IMG/VR virus record: IMGVR_UViG_3300006094_000039
Coordinates: 5,230 to 69,229 of that record
DNA from: a virus
DNA length: 64,000 nt
Strand: one strand, 5' to 3'
Made by a program: the position numbers and the translations under genes. Below are positions 54,817 to 64,000 of the stretch, piece by piece. A model generated the notes under the pieces. That model did not search any database and had not been told where the DNA came from. It saw nothing but the letters and a program-made list of their open reading frames with translations. Position 1 is the first letter of the stretch, and the number at the start of each line of letters is the position of its first letter.

Positions 54817-56424
54817 TCACTCCTTCCTTTTCCCTTTGCTCTTGATGCCAAGCTGGGCATCCATCTGATCATTCAGGGCATCCAGCTCTTCCCTGGTCCT
54901 CTTTCCACCCTTGCCGACCTTCCCACCTGCAGGAGGGTCTAAGGGAGTCTGCTGGCTTCCATCTCCAGAACCAGAGTGCTGCTTAATCCTCTGGAAATGG
55001 TCTGCAATAACAGTCAGAGCCTCAGGAGTCATGTCCTGGTAAGGCTTCATTTCGTCATCAGAGAGGCCACTATGCAGCTTGATCCTTGCCAGCTGCTCCT
55101 GCTTAGAATGGGCCTTGATTGTCTGGATCTCAGTGGTGAGTCCTGATACCTTTTCTGTCAGCTCTCCCACAGTCTTCTCTAAGGAGAGATTCTTGGAATG
55201 AAATCCAGTGATAGCAGTGGCAATAGCCTGCTTTGCCTCTTCAGGAGTCTTCCCTTCCTGCCAGTTGATCTCCAGCTTCTCAGCAGCCTGCTCTCCTGCT
55301 TTTGACTCAGAGATCACAGGCACAGGGAAAGTAGGTGCCTGAACAGGGATGAAAGGTCCCTTCTGGGAAGTCCAGAGCCCAGCCATGGTCTCCAGTCCCT
55401 TAATGGCCTGAGCAGCCTGCTCCTCAGGCTTCATGCCCTTTACAGTAGTGAGGAAGCCAGACAGGTCTTCTGCCTTGCTAAAGGTCAGATCTCCTGCTCC
55501 AGCACCTTCCTTTGATTCTTTTGTCATAATGAATCCACTCTCTAATTCTTTCTTTGAATTAACTTCTGATTTATAAGCATTTGCCTCATTAGACTCTAAT
55601 GAGTGTCTTTTTGTTGATTCAAAGACCCTATCATAAGAATAAAGCAAAATATCTCTTTTGCATGGATTTAAAGCAAAAATATCAGATTTTAAGCCTGCTT
55701 CGTCTTTCTGAAGCATCTCTCCCACTACTCTGTCCAGGAAGGTCTTTGTCTCAGAAAGAGCAGTTTCATTCCCTTCTGCAGAGTGGTGGAGGGCACAGGT
55801 CCAGCCCAGGGCTTTATTCAAATGCTCATGCAGCTCATCTGCAGAGCAGCCTGTCAGGTCTATCTTAGAGAGGTCCTGGGCATGCAGGCCCAATCCACAG
55901 CCATCGGCCTGGCTGCAGGCACCAATGGGAACTAAAGCCAGATGATCAAAGTCCAAGGACCTCTCAATGGCCTCATAGTCCTTCCCCTGCCAGACTCCTT
56001 TAATGGGCTCTTCAGCAGCATAAAAGCCGGTGGAGACATCCACTACCTTCTGTGAGTCGATCTTCTGGAGGATCTCACCAGGAAGTTTGTTAGGCCATAG
56101 CTCACACTTCACTCCAGCCTGGTGTCCCTCTGGGATATACCAGGCATCCAGGATCTGGCCTACGGCCAGGTTATTGAATGCCTTCCCTCCAGTGCTCATG
56201 GGAGGGTGGTTCAGGGTGATGGGCTTCCCTTTCAGCCACCTGACATTATCTTTGATGAGCTGGCCCGGTCTGAAAATCCCTTTCCAGACTCCCTCTCTGG
56301 TGGCAATGGCATCTAAAATAATGGGCTCTGGACTTCCCTTTGAGTGAGATTTGATCTCATAGGCCTCAATTTCCTGGTATTTCATGCTTTGGAGGATTAA
56401 TTCAGCCATATAACCTATCCCCAT
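54817..56424 (-). CDS. Prohead protease (DUF2213-like) fused to scaffold
   Basis: GKPITLNHP, DVSTGF, FDHLALV..GAC; helical charged C-terminus. Confidence 0.85.
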   Translation of the reverse strand: MGIGYMAELILQSMKYQEIEAYEIKSHSKGSPEPIILDAIATREGVWKGIFRPGQLIKDNVRWLKGKPITLNHPPMSTGGKAFNNLAVGQILDAWYIPEGHQAGVKCELWPNKLPGEILQKIDSQKVVDVSTGFYAAEEPIKGVWQGKDYEAIERSLDFDHLALVPIGACSQADGCGLGLHAQDLSKIDLTGCSADELHEHLNKALGWTCALHHSAEGNETALSETKTFLDRVVGEMLQKDEAGLKSDIFALNPCKRDILLYSYDRVFESTKRHSLESNEANAYKSEVNSKKELESGFIMTKESKEGAGAGDLTFSKAEDLSGFLTTVKGMKPEEQAAQAIKGLETMAGLWTSQKGPFIPVQAPTFPVPVISESKAGEQAAEKLEINWQEGKTPEEAKQAIATAITGFHSKNLSLEKTVGELTEKVSGLTTEIQTIKAHSKQEQLARIKLHSGLSDDEMKPYQDMTPEALTVIADHFQRIKQHSGSGDGSQQTPLDPPAGGKVGKGGKRTREELDALNDQMDAQLGIKSKGKRKE

Positions 56425-56689
56425 TGTTTAAAATCAGGATAAATGTAATTAAGGAATTAATTTGAAATATTCTCCTATTTATAGATAGCTTCTCATGAGA
56501 TAAATGATAAATCGGATTATTGTAGAAAAGAAACCTTAAACATGGTTATTTCAATTAAAAGGACCATGATAATGGTTTTCTATTTATTCCAGAAAACCAT
56601 AGTTAATATAATAAAACGTTCATAGTATCTCGGAATGGTCAATTGTATTTGATATTAGTGCTAATAAGAAATCCCATTGAATTTGCCAG

Positions 56690-57304
56690 TTAATCAGGCT
56701 GTATATCTTCTTCATTTGCTTCATTTCTTGCGGGATCATAAACTAAGTAATATAATCTTTTCAAAATCATGAATAAAGTCATTATAAAATGGGAAATTAA
56801 AATGTATATAGTAAACGAAACCAAAACTAATAAATAGTCTTGCCATTGAAGAGTGATTTGAGATAGGGATAATGCTTGGCTATATGAATTCTCAAAAACT
56901 GCTGGCACACTCTCATCTACCTTCATCCATAATTCAGTAATTGCCACTAAGATTAGTATAACAAGAGTTATCATCGAAATGAGAAGTGCGTACAAAGTAT
57001 TTGCATATAAATGATGAAGTAAATCTTTTTTCTCTAGATACCTATATACGGTTGGCTTCAACTTTCCTTCAATATCAAAAAGCACAAAAATAATGCTAAG
57101 CAAAAATCCTGTAAAGAGTGTATACGCTGTAATAAGGTCGTTTACAGAATTTTGAGTTAATAATTTGCCAAAATAAACGAGAAATGTAGATACTATCAGA
57201 GGAATTATAACAAATAGAAGTAGAATAAACCTCAATGGAGCATCAAGTTTTAATGTCTCATAATGCTTTGATATGATAGCTCTCACATCAATCAGTACGA
57301 ACAT
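56690..57304 (-). CDS. Multi-TM protein of an accessory two-gene cassette
   Basis: About four TM helices; AT-rich; overlaps the upstream gene. Confidence 0.8.
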   Translation of the reverse strand: MFVLIDVRAIISKHYETLKLDAPLRFILLLFVIIPLIVSTFLVYFGKLLTQNSVNDLITAYTLFTGFLLSIIFVLFDIEGKLKPTVYRYLEKKDLLHHLYANTLYALLISMITLVILILVAITELWMKVDESVPAVFENSYSQALSLSQITLQWQDYLLVLVSFTIYILISHFIMTLFMILKRLYYLVYDPARNEANEEDIQPD

Positions 57305-58208
57305 GTTCTACTCCTCGGAAGCTCATCTCCAAGTGCCTCAAATAATCCCTCGCCTCTCTTAAGAGTAACTGATATTCTGGAAAACCTCCTTCAGGTGGAT
57401 TATTAAGTGGCATTGATTCCAAACATTTCTGACCATCGCCAAAAGTTAAAGTTTTGGTATCCCTTCCTCTATCAATGCAAATCTTAATCTCATCATACCT
57501 CTCATCCAACACTTCATAATATCTGGTATCTCTTTCTAAAACCAGCGCATCTTTAAGCCTTTGAGTTATTGAAATCTCCTTATTGCGCTTCGCTCTGAAA
57601 ACATGTTCTTCTATAATTTCTTGTGGTTCTCCTTCGTGTACTCTTTCAGCTCTATCTCTAGGGATATCATATCTAATCAGCCTTAGAGACATTATTGCAG
57701 AATGTTCTATCTGATCCATTAGATCTCTAGAAATAAGGTGACCTAGAACTAGTTCAAAGCCAAGAGGTCTGATTCGTTCATTTAATATATATTGAAGGTT
57801 TGTTTTTATTCCAAATGTTCTATATTGTTGCAAGATTATAAAGCCTTTATCTGTATTTTCAGCAATTCTGATATAGAAAAGGAAGGGATATCCCTCTGAA
57901 TGGTTGGGCCTTCTTGCTTGCGGAGTTATTTCAAGGGTTTCAACATCTGTAAAACTAGCAGAGATACCATATTCGCCACCTTCTGCAAGCCCGTATAGGT
58001 CTCTGTTATCTCTTTCAATTCTACTGACAAAAATAGTCTTCATCTTCTCCCTTAAGATCCTAGCCCTATTAACTTCTCTAAGATATGATTCAATAAGATC
58101 CAAAAAATTAGTATTATTTCCATCTATATTGCTTAAGTTATTGACATAATCATTATTATCTATTTTTTTTAGGCGAATCCTATAAGGTATTAGTCTAAAT
58201 TGTGCCAT
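57288..58208 (-). CDS. Soluble partner of the two-gene cassette (Kiwa-like architecture)
   Basis: 306 aa, AT-rich; GLAEGGEYG and YPFLFYI...GFIILQ segments. Confidence 0.7.
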   Translation of the reverse strand: MAQFRLIPYRIRLKKIDNNDYVNNLSNIDGNNTNFLDLIESYLREVNRARILREKMKTIFVSRIERDNRDLYGLAEGGEYGISASFTDVETLEITPQARRPNHSEGYPFLFYIRIAENTDKGFIILQQYRTFGIKTNLQYILNERIRPLGFELVLGHLISRDLMDQIEHSAIMSLRLIRYDIPRDRAERVHEGEPQEIIEEHVFRAKRNKEISITQRLKDALVLERDTRYYEVLDERYDEIKICIDRGRDTKTLTFGDGQKCLESMPLNNPPEGGFPEYQLLLREARDYLRHLEMSFRGVEHVRTD

Positions 58209-58880
58209 GGCTCTCCCTATTTCTACTCTATTGCTCAGTTGCCTAATACATAATTATCCTAATTACCTGTTGGCCTTCAGGATATTAGATATACATAAAC
58301 CTTTGGCTAATTTAATAAAAAGTAATTATTTTCAATTACAATTATTTAATATAGAACGCGTTAGAATCCACAACTGGGCATAGTACTTCCATAATTTTAT
58401 TAATACATCACAGCTTATCCTTACAGGTTGCTCTATAGTAACCAGTCATTCATAATGAATATAATCTAAAATGTCATTACTTCTATGTTACTAAAGTATT
58501 CTTAATCAGATAAGCAGACTTGCTGTACCAGGATAGCTCCACCACAAAGGGCATCAGGGATTGTTTATCTCTCCGAGTACCTTGGACTAGAATCTGATTT
58601 ACTCTTGTTGTAAAACTCTATAACCTATCCCTATGCGCGAGATATCTATAAATTATTTAACTTTACCTCTATATTCCCTTATAGCTCTGGGGCATGAGAA
58701 AAGTCAGAGCGCTTTGGACTACCATGTATTCCTAGCTGCTATAATCAAAATAATGCAATAAAATTCATCCTAGTGCGTAGGGAAGTAACCAAACTAAATT
58801 TGAAAAATAAAAGTTTAATTATAATGTACCAAATTAGTAGAAAATGCCAAATAGATGGAGTATCTATACTTGAAAGCTAA

Positions 58881-60014
58881 ATGAAAGATCCCCTAGATAA
58901 ACACAACATGATTTATACAATAGGCCATAGCAATAATAAAATTGACGATTTTATGAACCTATTATTATCATTTAAAATAGAAATGGTTTTAGATGTACGA
59001 AGTTATCCTTATAGTAAATATAATCCTCAATTTAACGGGAAGACCATAGCTCAGACATTATCTAATTCTGGAATAGCCTATGAATACTTAGGGGATTGCT
59101 TAGGGGGTCGTCCTAGAGACCCCACATGTTATAAAGCAGGAAAGATTCCAGAAGGAAAAGCAAATTATCTTGAGCTAGTGGATTACGAAGAAGTTTCCAA
59201 AAGGGATTGGTATATTAAGGGAATTTACAGATTGATAGAGCTTGCAAAAACTAAAAGAATTGCACTTATGTGTAGCGAAGAAGATCCAAATCGTTGCCAT
59301 AGGCATCACTTAATTGCAAAAACATTAGTAAATAACCAAATGCAAATAGGGCACATTCGCAGAGATTGTACAGTCCAAGAACTCCCATATGCTGATCATG
59401 AACAAATTTCAACGGAAAGTAAACTTACTGTCAATGATATTAATGCTGATATGGAAAAGAGCTTTCCAGTTCAGCAACTTCATCTTTTTGAGATAGGAAA
59501 GAATGAAACATTATCTAAGAATATTAAGTTGGACGGATTTAATCATCTCAAAAATAAATGCCATTCAGACTCGATTAGACTTTATACTATTGGTTTTACT
59601 CAAAAATCAGCAAAGAAATTTTTTTCTTTATTGGAAGAAAATGGCGTTCAGCGATTGATTGATATTCGCCTGAATCCAAAAGGCCAATTAGCAGGATTCA
59701 CTAAAAAAGATGATTTATCATATTTTCTAAATAAGATTCTAGATTGTGAATACCATCATTGGGAAACTTTGGCTCCTACTAAAGAAATTTTATCTGAATA
59801 TAGAACCGATAAGAATTGGAATAAATATACTATTAGCTTTGAATTATTAATGGATAAAAGAAATATTCCCGAATCTTTGGATTATAATTTTTTTAAAAAT
59901 AAAGTTTGCTGCTTAATGTGTAGCGAGGAAAAACCTATAAAATGCCACCGAAGATTAGTCGCTGAGAGAATATCAAAATATTGGCCAAATATAAAAATTA
60001 TCCATTTAATATAG
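58881..60014 (+). CDS. Tandem double DUF488 protein
   Basis: Two YTIG...D(V/I)R...LMCSEE.P..CHR units. Confidence 0.88.
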   Translation: MKDPLDKHNMIYTIGHSNNKIDDFMNLLLSFKIEMVLDVRSYPYSKYNPQFNGKTIAQTLSNSGIAYEYLGDCLGGRPRDPTCYKAGKIPEGKANYLELVDYEEVSKRDWYIKGIYRLIELAKTKRIALMCSEEDPNRCHRHHLIAKTLVNNQMQIGHIRRDCTVQELPYADHEQISTESKLTVNDINADMEKSFPVQQLHLFEIGKNETLSKNIKLDGFNHLKNKCHSDSIRLYTIGFTQKSAKKFFSLLEENGVQRLIDIRLNPKGQLAGFTKKDDLSYFLNKILDCEYHHWETLAPTKEILSEYRTDKNWNKYTISFELLMDKRNIPESLDYNFFKNKVCCLMCSEEKPIKCHRRLVAERISKYWPNIKIIHLI

Positions 60015-60811
60015 TTCCTAGGGAGGGAGGGCCTATGAAGAGAGCTGTAATAATTACGGATTTAACTCAGATGAGTGGTCAAAGGGTTTGCATTGCAGGT
60101 TATTTTGAGGATTTAAAATGCGTTAGGCCAATTGATTTATATCAAAGAATTAATAAAGAATGGATTGTAGAGTCCCATGAGGTAATAATTCATCCTTTCG
60201 CGATTGTGGAATTTATTTTCGGAGATCGAAAAATTGTTCAAAAGCCACATACAGAAGATTTGCCTATATCAATCAATTATCGAGTAAAGCTCGGAGAATT
60301 AGAGTTGGCAAAGCGAGAAAAATTATTGCTAAATATTGATGATATCGCGGTTAAAAATATATTTAAAGCGCCTATTTGTCGAGGCCCAGGCTGTTATATC
60401 AAATTGGGTGAAGGAGAAAGATCGCTAGGTACAATATGCAATCCAGAAATATTAAGGGTTTATTTTGGTAGCTGGTATGGGAAGCAAGGATATCGGCTAA
60501 CCTTTAAGGATAATGAAGAGGAAATATACGAATTAACTGTAACCGATTTGACTTTTCGCTATTTTATAAACTACTTGAATAAGCTGCATAATGGTGATCA
60601 TCAAGTGGTCGCTCAGTGGATGCTTAAAAAATTGCAGGACGCTAACGTATATCTTAGAATAGGGCTAGCAAGAGGGTGGGATAGTGATCCATCAAAACCA
60701 CAAGATAAATGTTTCCTGCAGATTACAGGTGTGTATTCTTTTCCAGACTATCTGAGTGGAAATACATTTTTGAAGTTGGACCGGATGGCAGGCCAAGTAG
60801 AAGGAATATAG
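59981..60811 (+). CDS. Dual OB-fold-like protein (DUF488/DarT-associated type); probable start at 60035
   Basis: MKRAVIITDLTQMSGQRVCIAG...VRP and ELTVTDL...LRIGLARGW; GGAGG before the ATG at 60035. Confidence 0.65.
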   Translation: MAKYKNYPFNIVPREGGPMKRAVIITDLTQMSGQRVCIAGYFEDLKCVRPIDLYQRINKEWIVESHEVIIHPFAIVEFIFGDRKIVQKPHTEDLPISINYRVKLGELELAKREKLLLNIDDIAVKNIFKAPICRGPGCYIKLGEGERSLGTICNPEILRVYFGSWYGKQGYRLTFKDNEEEIYELTVTDLTFRYFINYLNKLHNGDHQVVAQWMLKKLQDANVYLRIGLARGWDSDPSKPQDKCFLQITGVYSFPDYLSGNTFLKLDRMAGQVEGI

Positions 60812-60906
60812 AACCAATTGTGATAGAAGAATATCAGAGCATTTATCAAACTATAATCATTATATGGCGACAGAAATAAGACCACTCTCCTTATAGAATC
60901 TCTACA

Positions 60907-61167
60907 CTATTTCTTATAGAATAGAGAGGCTAGCCCCTTCTCAGGATCATAGCCGTATTCCTTAGGGTGGTGACCTATCCCCTCACCGCCTTCCACCAAG
61001 ACCTTATTCGTCTTCACATCTATCAGCCACCAGGCCCTAGCTCTGGGCAGGCTCTTCAGATTATCCAGCACCTTCCTGGCATTAGCCTCCACCCTCTCCC
61101 TCTGACCATTCCAGCCCTGGGTATCTCTCACTATGACATCATATCCACTAAGCTCATTAGGGTCCAT
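60907..61167 (-). CDS. Small hypothetical viral protein
   Basis: GGTGAGGTGA RBS; viral codon usage. Confidence 0.65.
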   Translation of the reverse strand: MDPNELSGYDVIVRDTQGWNGQRERVEANARKVLDNLKSLPRARAWWLIDVKTNKVLVEGGEGIGHHPKEYGYDPEKGLASLFYKK

Positions 61168-61176
61168 CTTCTCACC

Positions 61177-64000
61177 TCACACCACAGCTCTGAAGCCAAG
61201 GAGCCTGCCTAGGACAGAGGCATATTTATTTGTTCTCATATTTTCCATGAATGCCTTATAAGCTTTTGGAGCTATCTCTGCAGTCCTCTCAGGATCAATA
61301 TAGAGGCTCTGGACAAAGACCGCCCACCTCTCTGTAGGTCTCTTACTCCATGAGATGTCTCCCGCCCAGCAGTGGCTCTCACACTTTTGCATCCAGGAGA
61401 GCTTCACGTAGTTGACGATATCCTTCTTCAAAGCAGGATCTATGGGCCTCACAAAGAACTGCTGAGCCCAGTCATTGAAGTTATAAGGAGTTACAGGCAC
61501 CTTCCAGCTGCTCCTATAGAGTGTGGTGGCATCACTGTCTCTAGATAACAAAAATTCCCTGACAAAAGTGACCTTCCTGGCCACAAACTCATCCAGCTCC
61601 TGTGCTGACTTTGCCCCTTCCATCAGGGTGTCAGAATACTTGATGGCCTCTCTGTCCATCACATTCTTAAACTGCCCCAGGGTCTCTATGGGTTTGCCAG
61701 TCTCAGTGTACCTCTTTGACTTGATGCTCTCCTCCACTTCAGACAGGAGATCTGATCTGAGTTTGATATAATCCACCTGGGCTGGAGCTTTCTTCAACCT
61801 CTCCAGAGCTGCAGGAGATGTCTTATCCTCCAGGAGCTTAGCTTCAGCCTCACTGTCTGCCAGTCTTACGTCATCCATTACCACAGCATGCCTGACCTGG
61901 CACATGGTATCCTTCAGCTCACTGTCCATTATATCCTGAACCTCCTGCAGGGTGAGGTTAGGGAAGCAATTGTCCCTGAGATCAGCCACAGTCCTGGCAC
62001 AGTCATGCTTTGCAGAATTCATCCAGTCTATGCCATGCCCTGTCTCATGGACAAGGGTAGATTTAGCATGGGGAGAGCCCTTAAGGTTGCTTTTAACTGC
62101 AATCTCAGTGGCCTTGATATCTCCCCTGGTGTTTGGAACAAAGTGGCCATAAGCTCCACTGAGCTTCTTATGAGTGAATGGAAAGACTTTCTTTACCTCT
62201 CTCACCATGTCATCATAATTGGCCATAGGGTCCAGGGTAAAGTTCATCCTCCCTGTGAGATCTGTGAGGGTGTTGGCTGAGGATGTATCAAATATTCTGC
62301 CCAGTACTCTGCCATAATAGCCCTGCTGGTTCAAAGAGACAAACCTGTCATAACACTTAGGAGCCATCTCTTTGACCGCTTTCTCATCTTTGTAGAGGGT
62401 AGTGATAAAGGCAGCTACTTTCTCTGCAGGCTCAGCCTGAGCTATATTGCCTGAGAAGTTGGTGGCTCTGGCCTGCCTCCACCACTTAGCTTTGAGATAC
62501 TGGTAGATATCACCCCATTTGTTCACTACATCGTTCTGATCAGCTCCATCCAGCTTCTCCAGCTGCAGTTCCAGGTCTCTCTTGAACCAGAACATGTAGT
62601 TATCAAAATCAACATCCTGCTCTTTGCCCTGGATCTTCCTGGTAATAGAGAACCTGGTATTCCCAGGATCTTCAGCCCATGTGAGATCTACCCCCTTCTC
62701 CTTTAGCTGCTGGAGATAGCTCTCAATTGCAGAGGCCACATCCTCCTCAGCAGGTTTTCCTTTCAGGCCCCATCTACTACCATGGCCTTGCCAAACAAAG
62801 CCCCAGTTTTTCTCTATGTCATCGTTCAGCTGCTCAAATTTGATAGGAGCATCTGACTGGGCTGCTATGTTCATCTGAGAGAGCATCTTATCCAGCTCAT
62901 CCAGAGAGCTATCCTTATCCCAGCTGAAGAAAGCCCTGATAGGGGCATCAGACCCTCTTAGCTTCAGAGCCTTTGCCTGGTCTTCAGCCCAGAGCCTGGA
63001 GTACTGGCCTGTCAGGAGCTGGCTGGCCTCCTGGGTCTTCAGCCTTCTATCCAGCCAGAAGGTTTTACCTTTCCTGTCAATACCAGCCAGCTGGCCAGAG
63101 AGCCTCCCTCCATAGACCTCATTCCTGAAGCTGATGGTAAATCCAGTCTCCTGCTGGACCAGATTCCTCATCTCATCCCAGTCTTTGAAGATCTTAATCT
63201 CCTGAGGCAGATTCTTCTTAAGATCTCCAGTGAAGGTCAGGATCTTCTTTATGGGCTCACCATAAGCTCCAGTAGAGACCTGCTTCACCAGGTAGTCATA
63301 GATATCAGGCCCAAGCTCCTTCACCATGCCTGGATCTATGTGAATGCCCTCCAGGAGAGCACCCAGATGAGCTTCTGTGGAGCCCCTTTTCTGCAGGATG
63401 GTCCACTCCTCAGAGTCACCATACCTAAACCAATTTCTTAGAGCCAGATCCAGAGCATCTTCAAACATCTCATCAGGAATGGCACCCCCCTTCTGAGAAG
63501 CTCTCCAGGCCTTCATGGCCTCCTTATATTGGGTGAGGGGAACAGCCTTCTTCTGGCCATTAATGGTGATTGGATTTGAGAGGAAAGAGACTGACCTGAC
63601 CTGGGCATTTAACATGTCATAAAATTCAGCATTAGTCCTCTTCAGATTGTGCCACAGCTCAGCTTCTGTGAAGGTTGACTGAGATTTGGGAGAGATCCTG
63701 GAGAGAGGAGTATCCTTAGGCAGCCACTTCCCTTTCTGAATGATCCTATTCCAATTCTCCTCTGTCTCTTTTTTCAGAGCCTCCAGATCCACCCTGACCC
63801 CAGTGACCCTGGCCACATTGACATTCTTGAAGATGGCATTCCTCTGGTCCTTCATAGCTGCAAAGACCTCATCACTGCAGCCCAGGAACTGCATGGGGTC
63901 TCCCTCCACAGTCTTTGCCAAAAATTCGCCATAGGCTCCCACTAAGGCATGGCTCTTGGAGGCTTCAGGAAGATCCCCATTGATCCAAATGGTATTAGGC
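61177..64000 (-). CDS. Large protein with at least three zincin-like repeats; 5' end lies beyond the window
   Basis: Frame stays open from 63942 to the edge (PNTIWINGDLPEASKSHAL); HETGH at 62035-62049. Confidence 0.8.
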   Translation of the reverse strand, partial: PNTIWINGDLPEASKSHALVGAYGEFLAKTVEGDPMQFLGCSDEVFAAMKDQRNAIFKNVNVARVTGVRVDLEALKKETEENWNRIIQKGKWLPKDTPLSRISPKSQSTFTEAELWHNLKRTNAEFYDMLNAQVRSVSFLSNPITINGQKKAVPLTQYKEAMKAWRASQKGGAIPDEMFEDALDLALRNWFRYGDSEEWTILQKRGSTEAHLGALLEGIHIDPGMVKELGPDIYDYLVKQVSTGAYGEPIKKILTFTGDLKKNLPQEIKIFKDWDEMRNLVQQETGFTISFRNEVYGGRLSGQLAGIDRKGKTFWLDRRLKTQEASQLLTGQYSRLWAEDQAKALKLRGSDAPIRAFFSWDKDSSLDELDKMLSQMNIAAQSDAPIKFEQLNDDIEKNWGFVWQGHGSRWGLKGKPAEEDVASAIESYLQQLKEKGVDLTWAEDPGNTRFSITRKIQGKEQDVDFDNYMFWFKRDLELQLEKLDGADQNDVVNKWGDIYQYLKAKWWRQARATNFSGNIAQAEPAEKVAAFITTLYKDEKAVKEMAPKCYDRFVSLNQQGYYGRVLGRIFDTSSANTLTDLTGRMNFTLDPMANYDDMVREVKKVFPFTHKKLSGAYGHFVPNTRGDIKATEIAVKSNLKGSPHAKSTLVHETGHGIDWMNSAKHDCARTVADLRDNCFPNLTLQEVQDIMDSELKDTMCQVRHAVVMDDVRLADSEAEAKLLEDKTSPAALERLKKAPAQVDYIKLRSDLLSEVEESIKSKRYTETGKPIETLGQFKNVMDREAIKYSDTLMEGAKSAQELDEFVARKVTFVREFLLSRDSDATTLYRSSWKVPVTPYNFNDWAQQFFVRPIDPALKKDIVNYVKLSWMQKCESHCWAGDISWSKRPTERWAVFVQSLYIDPERTAEIAPKAYKAFMENMRTNKYASVLGRLLGFRAVV

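Larger units (their letters stand above)
470..64000. mobile_element. Head-tailed (Caudoviricetes, myovirus-like) virus or provirus, probably of a methanogenic archaeon; continues past the right edge
   Basis: Ordered head, neck, sheath, tube, tape-measure and baseplate module plus replication and nucleotide-metabolism genes in a uniform CpG-poor composition. The left boundary is approximate (composition change near 440-470). No integrase or att site was identified. Confidence 0.92.

Overview
The window is almost entirely (about 470 to the right edge) the genome of a large head-tailed virus or provirus with a contractile tail. The host is most likely a methanogenic archaeon of the Methanothrix/Methanosarcinales type, inferred from TATA-box promoters, GGAGG/GGTGA ribosome-binding sites and archaeal-type ThyA, NrdD and RHH proteins. 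From left to right: small early genes and a DHH phosphoesterase; dCMP deaminase and class III ribonucleotide reductase; a SNF2 helicase; an AT-rich accessory island (nuclease, UvrD, DUF6884-like, Mrr); a Cas4-like nuclease; a plus-strand replication block (RHH regulator, RPA-like protein, a uracil-DNA glycosylase fused to a bacterial-type family C/DnaE polymerase, Tmk, NrdH-like redoxin, CcdA-like protein); resolvase and ThyA; baseplate, tail and head modules; a second AT-rich island (Kiwa-like pair; double DUF488 plus dual-OB); and a gene with at least three zincin-like repeats that runs off the right edge. No integrase, terminase, portal, primase, tRNA, rRNA or CRISPR array was recognised. 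The highlights are the UDG-DnaE fusion in an apparently archaeal virus, a 14-aa repeat shared by three virion proteins, a TATA-abutting CYATRG-N3-CYATRG operator regulon, strong CpG depletion, two structured leader RNAs and three candidate defence cassettes. All family assignments come from motif recognition by eye; no database searches were run.
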